DNA of 64,000 nt from an uncultured virus (IMG/VR IMGVR_UViG_3300010885_079087) (lineage: Duplodnaviria; Heunggongvirae; Uroviricota; Caudoviricetes). The notes under the pieces are model-generated. The model was given only the letters and a program-made list of their open reading frames with translations. It was not told where the DNA came from and searched no databases. Where the stretch lies: the IMG/VR virus record IMGVR_UViG_3300010885_079087; one strand, 5' to 3'. Position numbers and translations under genes: made by a program. This document shows, piece by piece, positions 56,858 to 64,000 of the stretch; within the stretch, counting starts at the first letter, position 1; every line of letters begins with the position of its first letter.

Positions 56858-58612
56858 TTTGCAAAAAAAGAAGATCTTCAAAACAATGTAAAAACATCTC
56901 AACAACTTCAAAGATTAAACAATCATAATGAAATTAATTTTGCAAATGAATTTAGTGAGCCTTTTAAGTCTTGGACATTGTTTCAATTAAGAAAACAAAA
57001 ACGAGATAATTCAGATAAGTATTTGATTGAAGGAGATTTGTTTGATTTAGATGAACTTTTTGATTCTTATAAAAAAATCTATGAATGGGCCACATATAAA
57101 AAATATGAAAATTCCCATTTTGCTATAACAAATTTTATTTTTGAAGAGGCATTAAATATATCTGATATATGGCTTCAAGCCAAAAATGGGCATGGTCAAG
57201 GCCAAGTATATGTTCCTTTACAGCGAGACAAAAACGGTGAAATAATTGACCCTAAAGTTCTTCACATTTTTGAAGATGGATGGTTTGTAGTGCTTTTGGA
57301 CAACGAAAATGATTTACTTGTGGAAGGCAAAAGACTAAATCATTGTGTAGGAGGTGATAAATCTTTTTTACGTGGTGTAAAAAAAAATACAATACAAATT
57401 TTGAGCATAAGAAATTCTTACAACAAGCCTCAAGCAACCATTGAAATATCTTGGCCAGACAAAAGAATTTTACAAGTAAAAGGCTTTAGCGACCAAACTC
57501 CAGATATGGAAACAAGACTACATTTAACAGAGTTTTTTGAAAACTATTCAGCTGAATTTACACACGAAATTTCTACTTCTTCTTTAATTGACGGCACCAA
57601 TTGGGGAAACATTGATTTTGAAGATCTGCCTGAAGAAATAAATCTTATTTTAAACAACCCAGAAGAAATTAGTGAAGATACACATGATGCTGCATGGTAT
57701 GATATGGAGGCCATTACAACTATTAATTGCAACCCTCATGATTTGGGCACCATTCATGATGAAGTGATACTCAAAATCAAAAAAATGAATGATGATTTTG
57801 ACTTACAAGAGCAGTTACAAAATTTGGAGTCGATTGCTGAAATTTTGGCAAACAAAGCTATTTACATGGATATGCATAATTCAAAACATGATATTCCCTT
57901 CGACAAATTGCCAAACGAGACAACCAATAAAAAATTATCAATTGATGAAAGCAAAGAATTAGCACAACAATTAAATGTTCCTTATGAAACATCATGGTGG
58001 TGGTTGGGCAAAAACAAAGAAACAATTTTCAACGATATAAGTGCAGTAATGTCTTTAATTGAAACTGTTAAAATGTCCAATCGAGATATTGCAGATGAAT
58101 ATGGTTTTGAGTCAAATCTACGTGTACCAATTTATAGATTTAATCATGAAATAATCAAATCGCTTAAACATGAAGTTGTACAAACTAATTATCTTGAATG
58201 GTACAAAAAGATTACAGGGAAAGAGCAAATTAAATGGCCTTTAATGAGTGAATTTTTACAACAACCTTTGCTTGAAAATAATTTTGAGCCTCCAATACTG
58301 AGCACTAAAGACGAAAGATACAATAATTATTATCATGATGAAAATTATGACAATGATCCTTGGCATTACATAAAAATGTCATCAATTAAAAAACTTATCA
58401 GAATTTCTAACATTTTAGATTCGAGGGGATATTATTTGCAAGCAAGTGATTTAGATGATCAAATTTTAAAAATAGCTAAATCAAGACAAAAAAGCAAAAA
58501 AAATAAATGGAGCATTAAATACAAAAAAAGTATTAATTGCAATAATCCTAAAGGTTTCTCTCAGAAACAATATTGTAAAAGACAGAAACGCGGCGGCGAT
58601 TATAAGTCATAA
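56696..58612 (+). CDS. PcfJ-domain protein, paralog 2
   Basis: LLVEGKRLNHCVGG, ILSIR, ATIE, QVKG. Confidence 0.78.
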   Translation: MSIFKISKYIYALSLDETLSLLEEQGADLDTINFIKNSEQSIKPLYVKYLKENPFAKKEDLQNNVKTSQQLQRLNNHNEINFANEFSEPFKSWTLFQLRKQKRDNSDKYLIEGDLFDLDELFDSYKKIYEWATYKKYENSHFAITNFIFEEALNISDIWLQAKNGHGQGQVYVPLQRDKNGEIIDPKVLHIFEDGWFVVLLDNENDLLVEGKRLNHCVGGDKSFLRGVKKNTIQILSIRNSYNKPQATIEISWPDKRILQVKGFSDQTPDMETRLHLTEFFENYSAEFTHEISTSSLIDGTNWGNIDFEDLPEEINLILNNPEEISEDTHDAAWYDMEAITTINCNPHDLGTIHDEVILKIKKMNDDFDLQEQLQNLESIAEILANKAIYMDMHNSKHDIPFDKLPNETTNKKLSIDESKELAQQLNVPYETSWWWLGKNKETIFNDISAVMSLIETVKMSNRDIADEYGFESNLRVPIYRFNHEIIKSLKHEVVQTNYLEWYKKITGKEQIKWPLMSEFLQQPLLENNFEPPILSTKDERYNNYYHDENYDNDPWHYIKMSSIKKLIRISNILDSRGYYLQASDLDDQILKIAKSRQKSKKNKWSIKYKKSINCNNPKGFSQKQYCKRQKRGGDYKS

Positions 58613-58627
58613 TTGTATAACTTTAGT

Positions 58628-59494
58628 ATGATAACAAAAGGAATAATTCTTGCAGGTGGTACAGGATCAAGGCTTTATCCAGTCACTCAATCAGTAAGTA
58701 AACAACTTTTACCAATATATGACAAACCTATGATTTATTATCCTTTGTCAATTTTGATGAGAGCAAGTATAAGAGATATTCTTATTATTACTACGCCACA
58801 TGAACAAATTTTGTTTCAAAACTTACTAAAAGATGGGTCTCAATGGGGTATGAATATAAAGTATGAAATACAAAAATCACCAGATGGTTTAGCTCAAGCT
58901 TTCATCATAGGAGAAAAATTCATCAATAAAGAGCCTGTAGCCCTTATTCTAGGTGATAATATTTTTTACGGGGGAAATCTTATGGATGAATGTAATAAGG
59001 CTGTGAAAAGAGATTCTGCCACTATTTTTGCTTATCGCGTGAATGAACCTCAACACTATGGTGTTGTAGAATTTGACAAATCAAATAAACCACTAAATAT
59101 TGTAGAAAAACCAAATGATCCAAAATCAAATTATGCTGTAACAGGCTTGTATTTTTACACGGACGAAGTAGTAGAGATCGCTAAAAAAACTAAACCATCT
59201 GCAAGAGGCGAGCTTGAAATCACATCAGTAAATAATGAATATTTATTACGAAATAAATTATCTGTTGCAAAGTTATCTCGTGGATGTACATGGTTTGATG
59301 CTGGCACTTTTGATAATCTTTTAGAGGTAAATAATTATGTGGCTTCTATTCAAAGCAGACAAGGAATGATAATTGCCAGCCCCGATGAAATAGCTTTCAG
59401 AAATAATTGGATAACATCTTCAGAACTTGAGGAATTAATTAATTCCTATGGTAAAAGCCTGTATTCTAAACAATTAAAACTAAGTATGGAATAA
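58628..59494 (+). CDS. rfbA: Glucose-1-phosphate thymidylyltransferase
   Basis: KGIILAGGTGSRLYP, SKQLLPIYDKPMIYYP, LGDNIF, EKP, SARGELEIT; ATG 58628 preferred. Confidence 0.96.
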   Translation: MITKGIILAGGTGSRLYPVTQSVSKQLLPIYDKPMIYYPLSILMRASIRDILIITTPHEQILFQNLLKDGSQWGMNIKYEIQKSPDGLAQAFIIGEKFINKEPVALILGDNIFYGGNLMDECNKAVKRDSATIFAYRVNEPQHYGVVEFDKSNKPLNIVEKPNDPKSNYAVTGLYFYTDEVVEIAKKTKPSARGELEITSVNNEYLLRNKLSVAKLSRGCTWFDAGTFDNLLEVNNYVASIQSRQGMIIASPDEIAFRNNWITSSELEELINSYGKSLYSKQLKLSME

Positions 59495-59497
59495 ATT

Positions 59498-59941
59498 CTA
59501 ATTGCCTTCTGTTTTTGTTTGCTTTTGCATATTTACAGACATGCCCACTACTTGGTAATAATTTTTTCGTCCAATTTTATTCATAGTAAAAACACAATCT
59601 GAATATACAATATTGATTCTTTTATCATCAAAAATATACTTTTCAGGCTCACCAAATTTTTTAATCACAGATTTGAAATCAGACATTAATCCCACACCTT
59701 TGTATTTCACTGACTTATTAACGCCGTAAGCCTCAAGTGTAACTACTTGACTGGATTTATTTGTAATCGCTGTGAGAAGATAAGCATCTCTAGTGAATGT
59801 AAAAGACTGATAATCTTTGTCTTCAGATTCTTCTATTGTAATTGGATTGCCAAATCTAGTAGTAATATCTACCAGAGACGGAGATTGATTAAACCCTAAA
59901 AATCCTGGGAACACTGAGATTGACATTAAAATTCCTAGCAT
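59498..59941 (-). CDS. Putative exported protein
   Basis: Hydrophobic N-terminus; two ..FG.P.. repeat units. Confidence 0.55.
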   Translation of the reverse strand: MLGILMSISVFPGFLGFNQSPSLVDITTRFGNPITIEESEDKDYQSFTFTRDAYLLTAITNKSSQVVTLEAYGVNKSVKYKGVGLMSDFKSVIKKFGEPEKYIFDDKRINIVYSDCVFTMNKIGRKNYYQVVGMSVNMQKQTKTEGN

Positions 59942-59975
59942 AGGTTTATATACGTTTTTTGTATAAAAATATTAC

Positions 59976-60215
59976 ATGGCTTTAGATAAATGGGCAATTC
60001 AAAGAATTGTGCTGGAAGAAACAGCAAGAGCTTTAGATAACACAAACTTGGATGAGAAAATTCAAGCATATGTGTCTCAGCAATTAGACACTATTGTAAA
60101 TGTTGAAATTGATGCTAAACTTGAAGATTTCAAAAAATCAATTAAAATCATGAATGAACAAATTAGTATTTTGAAAGATGCAATTGACAAACTCAACAAA
60201 AGAATTAATAAGTAA
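59976..60215 (+). CDS. Small coiled-coil protein
   Basis: Heptad pattern; divergent promoter upstream. Confidence 0.55.
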   Translation: MALDKWAIQRIVLEETARALDNTNLDEKIQAYVSQQLDTIVNVEIDAKLEDFKKSIKIMNEQISILKDAIDKLNKRINK

Positions 60216-60654
60216 GATTATTTTTAGCTCACCAATAGCATTATTTTTAGGTGTTGGGATTTGCGTAGCTACTGACATTATTCAGCCAAGTTATTTCAAA
60301 AATCTTTCAGTGTATTTTCTTTACCTGATTTTTGCAATCTCTGTTGGATACATAGCCGTCTTTCTTGCATCATCATATATTGGCTCCACACAAAACAAAT
60401 TTAGAGCCATATTTTTTGCCATCATTTTTATGATTATTGAGGGTTTATTTTCCGTTTTAGCAGTACAAACTTATTATGGATCACAAGAAATTCCCATACT
60501 GAGGATTATTTCAGCAATATGCTTGCCGTTAGTCTTTAGTATGTTTTACTTTTTAAAAATAATAGAATTTCAAAAAAAAGAAACAGGACAAATTAATGAA
60601 GAAGAACTTTTTAAAAATTTTGATGACCTTGAGCGCAGCAAGCCTACTCTATAG
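60178..60654 (+). CDS. Four-TM membrane protein
   Basis: Four hydrophobic segments. Confidence 0.7.
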   Translation: MQLTNSTKELISKIIFSSPIALFLGVGICVATDIIQPSYFKNLSVYFLYLIFAISVGYIAVFLASSYIGSTQNKFRAIFFAIIFMIIEGLFSVLAVQTYYGSQEIPILRIISAICLPLVFSMFYFLKIIEFQKKETGQINEEELFKNFDDLERSKPTL

Positions 60655-61135
60655 TTGTAAAAATGCTGACCCTAAAAACAATCTCGTTTTGATAGATATT
60701 TCAGGGTCTAATTTATCAACCATTGACAAAACACTTGACAAAGTGTATGAAGTATATAGCGAAAGTATGCCAAGTGACACTTTTGAGGTTTATTTTTTTT
60801 CAAGCGTAAAGTATTTAGCATTTTCTGGGCGTAAATTGAATAAAGACAGAGATTTTTTGCCAATTCTAAAAGCTGGTTTAGAAAAAGCTAAAAAAATAAA
60901 AGTTAATGAAGGCACTTCTTTTTCAATTTGCAAAAATGTTCTTGAAAACTCCAAAGATTATGATCACGCTTTCCTTTTCACTGATGGTTTTTTTGAAAAT
61001 TCTAAACTTGAAACAATTAAGCTAAACGAAAAAAGCAACATTAGAATTGTGGGGCTTAGCATAGAAAATAACGAAAGAATTTTAAACTCATTATCAGATC
61101 CCAAAAAAGCCACAATTGATTTTCAAGGAAATTGA
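60596..61135 (+). CDS. vWA-like lipoprotein
   Basis: Lipobox LLYSC; MIDAS DISGS, GT, FTDG. Confidence 0.7.
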   Translation: MKKNFLKILMTLSAASLLYSCKNADPKNNLVLIDISGSNLSTIDKTLDKVYEVYSESMPSDTFEVYFFSSVKYLAFSGRKLNKDRDFLPILKAGLEKAKKIKVNEGTSFSICKNVLENSKDYDHAFLFTDGFFENSKLETIKLNEKSNIRIVGLSIENNERILNSLSDPKKATIDFQGN

Positions 61136-61159
61136 ACAACACATAAATAAATATGTATT

Positions 61160-61447
61160 GTGATCAAAACATATTTATTTGAAATTCAATGTGCTGAAGA
61201 TATTGGCAATTTTAGATTAGCAGATAAACTAAGCTCTGATTTGGTTAAAATAGCAAGTACAGATCACAAGTCAATAAAAAAGAAATTACAAAAAGATTTT
61301 TCAAATATAAATGCAATTAAAGAAATTTCTTTTGCTCCATCTTCTCAAAAATTTATTGTTTATGCAGATGGCTCTTTATCAAATACGGTGAAAGAAAACA
61401 TAAAACAATTGGCAAAACCTTTTGTTGTATCTTTTAAGTATAGTTAA
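61160..61447 (+). CDS. Small protein with helical tag
   Basis: AEDIGNFRLADKLSSDLVKIAS. Confidence 0.55.
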   Translation: MIKTYLFEIQCAEDIGNFRLADKLSSDLVKIASTDHKSIKKKLQKDFSNINAIKEISFAPSSQKFIVYADGSLSNTVKENIKQLAKPFVVSFKYS

Positions 61448-61713
61448 TCTTTGTTGAAAAAATCTTTGTCAAAAGGTGGTTCTGATAAATCCATTTTGTT
61501 TTGTAAAGTTTTATAAAATTTCACTTGATGATTTGCCAGCAATGGAGTGAAAGCAGCCAAGTTCACCAACAGTTCATAATATCTTTGACATATTGTTATC
61601 ACAATAAGTTTATATTCCTCGTTAGTGTATTTCTCTGTCTGAAGTTTATCCAGAAAAACTTTTAATGCTTCTGCTTGCTTCTTATATGTTTCGCCCACTT
61701 CTTTTGGATCCAT
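61444..61713 (-). CDS. Hypothetical protein
   Basis: Last ORF of the minus-strand operon. Confidence 0.55.
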   Translation of the reverse strand: MDPKEVGETYKKQAEALKVFLDKLQTEKYTNEEYKLIVITICQRYYELLVNLAAFTPLLANHQVKFYKTLQNKMDLSEPPFDKDFFNKD

Positions 61714-61715
61714 AT

Positions 61716-62219
61716 TTATTCTTTAATGTTTTCATCGGGATTCACTTGTTTTTTGATAATTGATTTTGCTATTTCTATTTTTTCGTAATTTTTCACATTC
61801 AAATTATTTAATTCATTGATGCTTAAAACAATTTCTTTATTAATGAGTTTTATTGCCAAAAGCAACTCATAAGGCATTTTCAGCTTAGCTGTAGCATCAC
61901 TTAAAAAATCTACACATTCTTTGGTAAAATCTGCAAATTCTTGTTTAGAAAGAAAAAGCTCTGTTTTAATTGCATTATATATCATCATACACAAAACAAA
62001 ATCTAAAGTGTTAACATTATCAAATTTTATCGGCACTTCGTTTTGTGTGATAGTAATTTTTAAAATATCAAATAAATTTTGTACTTCTTTCAAAGAAGAA
62101 AAAGAATTTTCTTTATACGAATTGTAATCAATCAGAGATGCTTTTTCTAAAGTAACTTCATCGTAATTAACACAAAGTATTTGTTCTTTATATTGAATAT
62201 ATTTAGTTTTGCGTGTCAT
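61716..62219 (-). CDS. Hypothetical protein, possibly tail assembly
   Basis: Coupled in the minus-strand operon. Confidence 0.5.
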   Translation of the reverse strand: MTRKTKYIQYKEQILCVNYDEVTLEKASLIDYNSYKENSFSSLKEVQNLFDILKITITQNEVPIKFDNVNTLDFVLCMMIYNAIKTELFLSKQEFADFTKECVDFLSDATAKLKMPYELLLAIKLINKEIVLSINELNNLNVKNYEKIEIAKSIIKKQVNPDENIKE

Positions 62220-63414
62220 TGAAATCTTTTGGTGCAGTGGGCTGAGGTTCTGTGTAAATGGCTCCAGTTAAAGTAGTTAACAGCCCATCGTAATTAATGT
62301 CAAATTCATTTTGCTTATAAAATTCTTTGAATTTTGAAGGCTGCAAAAGAGCAATAAATTTTATTTTGTGAACAAAGTAGCCGGTGTCCGCGCTTAAAGT
62401 TAGTGAAAATGATTGAATTGCTACATTTTTCATAGGAAAATAAAATGGCCCACCAAAATACATTGTTAAACTTTTATTTTGACCAGCAGAAAAATAAGTG
62501 GTTAGATCAGTGGAAGAAATAAAGGTTAAATCTCCATCAACAGTTCTGCTGGCATATGCAATTGATTTAGGCCCATCTGTAACTTTTTTAGTAATACCAT
62601 CATTTGCAGTAAATTGACTTTTGAGATCGTTTCTAATATTCAAACTCATATCCGAGATATTAATGCCCTGAATAACCAATGATTGCGTGGTAGCTGAGTA
62701 TCCACTTAAAATTTTATTTGAATTAATCCCTACTGTTGGTAAATCGCCATTCACATCTATAGTAACTAAGCTATCTATGTTTCTTGCCGTTCTGTAAATA
62801 CTTCTGGCGCCTGTTCCTATTAAATTACTGTCGCCATACACGCCTGGTGGTTTGACTCTCACTCCGCCCTCAAAACCAATATTACAATCTACAGCACCAT
62901 TGTTTAGCCTTATGGAAAATTCATTCATAAAAAGTGGCCCTCCAAGGTTTTTTGGTGATACATCCGTGTTTAAGAAAAAAGGTACGAAATTATATACGGC
63001 TAATCTCCATATTGCTTCCAGAAATAATGAATTTGGCTCTGAAACAGCATAAGGTAAAATTACTGGAATTTTCATATTACCTTTAGTCTTTATAGTTTCG
63101 TTTTGTGTTGAAGTGAGAAATTTGGAATAGGTATAGGTATCCACTGGCTTAAACAAATCAATGTCATCAATTGTCAAGCTTTCTATCAAACCAAAATTAT
63201 AATTTTGTTTTTTTGATGCAAAATTCAACATGACTTGATGGTTAGTTTTTGCAAAAAAATCAAAGTATGGAACCATTACCTTTACACGATTAGGAGTAAT
63301 TTGTGTGTTGTAAAGATTTAAAAACGGGACATAGGAAATATTTCTGTCATAAAAAGATTGTTCTTTAAACAAGGCTATAGATACTTTGCGTAATGAAGCA
63401 GGATTTATAATCAT
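62203..63414 (-). CDS. Putative tail tube/baseplate-like protein
   Basis: Beta-rich; ISDMSLNIRNDL, RTVDGDLTF resemble tail-tube folds. Confidence 0.5.
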   Translation of the reverse strand: MIINPASLRKVSIALFKEQSFYDRNISYVPFLNLYNTQITPNRVKVMVPYFDFFAKTNHQVMLNFASKKQNYNFGLIESLTIDDIDLFKPVDTYTYSKFLTSTQNETIKTKGNMKIPVILPYAVSEPNSLFLEAIWRLAVYNFVPFFLNTDVSPKNLGGPLFMNEFSIRLNNGAVDCNIGFEGGVRVKPPGVYGDSNLIGTGARSIYRTARNIDSLVTIDVNGDLPTVGINSNKILSGYSATTQSLVIQGINISDMSLNIRNDLKSQFTANDGITKKVTDGPKSIAYASRTVDGDLTFISSTDLTTYFSAGQNKSLTMYFGGPFYFPMKNVAIQSFSLTLSADTGYFVHKIKFIALLQPSKFKEFYKQNEFDINYDGLLTTLTGAIYTEPQPTAPKDFNDTQN

Positions 63415-63791
63415 AATGCATCACCAAGCCAAGTTTTACAAACAAGTTTTACCAAATTATAATTTACACTATTAATATCTGTTTCACTTACAATTATTGA
63501 AGAAATATCCTCATCATCAATAAAATCAATTTTTTTAATTGCTTGCATAAAAATTAACCTGTAAGCTATAGAAGATCTCATAAAAGGTTCTCCAGTTATA
63601 TGATTTATGTATGTTGAATCTTCTGCGGCTTTGGCTATAATGTCAAACCTTGGCCCTAGTGCCAAAAATTTAACTTTGTGTGAATTGTCTTCTTTGGCTT
63701 TTCCAAAAACTATCAGACCATTTTCTTGCTTAACAATACTGCATGAAAATTCGAAACCAAAAAGATCATTTTCATAAACTAAACTATTCAT
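63411..63791 (-). CDS. Hypothetical protein, possibly a tail chaperone
   Basis: Between two tube-like ORFs. Confidence 0.45.
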   Translation of the reverse strand: MNSLVYENDLFGFEFSCSIVKQENGLIVFGKAKEDNSHKVKFLALGPRFDIIAKAAEDSTYINHITGEPFMRSSIAYRLIFMQAIKKIDFIDDEDISSIIVSETDINSVNYNLVKLVCKTWLGDAL

Positions 63792-64000
63792 TCTTCTCCT
63801 TCTAATGTAAAACTTGGCTCACCCTGTCTTTGTCTTGCTATAGCTGCCCAGTTAAATGCTAAAGAAACATAGTCGCCTTGGTTAACATTAAGCTTACCTG
63901 GCTGCCATAAAGTATATGGAATCTTCAGCATTTGATTCCCAAAATTTATATTTAAACTTTTTGATGAAGATGAATTCAGTATTGGGTATCTGTCAAATGT
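63788..64000 (-). CDS. C-terminus of a tail-tube-like protein, runs off the right end
   Basis: Manual translation ...KSLNINFGNQMLKIPYTLWQPGKLNVNQGDYVSLAFNWAA...EE*; resembles the C-terminus of 62203..63414. Confidence 0.5.
   Translation of the reverse strand, partial: TFDRYPILNSSSSKSLNINFGNQMLKIPYTLWQPGKLNVNQGDYVSLAFNWAAIARQRQGEPSFTLEGEE

Noticed and set aside
1..64000. Stop-codon reassignment as in some large phages
   Set aside because: Long conserved genes are intact and densely packed under the standard code

Overview
This window is an AT-rich, gene-dense segment of a large tailed dsDNA phage genome (jumbo-phage-like), read with the standard bacterial code; I found no tRNA, rRNA, CRISPR array or IS. 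About 0.9-28.7 kb is a replication, recombination and transcription block. It holds a split Rad50/SbcC flanking Mre11/SbcD, a Ycf46-like AAA+ ATPase, a DnaC-like loader, DnaB, a split primase, DnaE, SSB, RecA, RecJ, a class Id-like ribonucleotide reductase, MazG, DnaX, a beta clamp, a delta-like subunit, a mini-GatB, SpoVS and three sigma or sigma-like factors (one clearly SigH-type). About 28.7-58.6 kb is a packaging and head block: terminase, portal fused to a DUF559-like nuclease, a giant prohead protease, an acidic scaffold-like protein, a decoration protein, a compact HK97-type major capsid protein and many probable internal head proteins, including two PcfJ-domain paralogs. The right end carries RmlA, a small membrane/lipoprotein module and minus-strand tail-like genes. 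The most notable patterns read from the sequence are: (1) a shared helical tag, IFKKA leaders and recurrent [KR]xA[QS] motifs on unrelated head-region proteins, suggesting a capsid cargo targeting and processing code; (2) two promoter classes, SigH-like AGG(A/T)-N17/18-GAA(A/T) and leaderless YGTA-A-rich, alongside a zinc-finger sigma-like protein behind an SD-occluding RNA structure; and (3) several split, fused or internally rearranged core enzymes. All assignments are by motif recognition from memory; no database searches were run.
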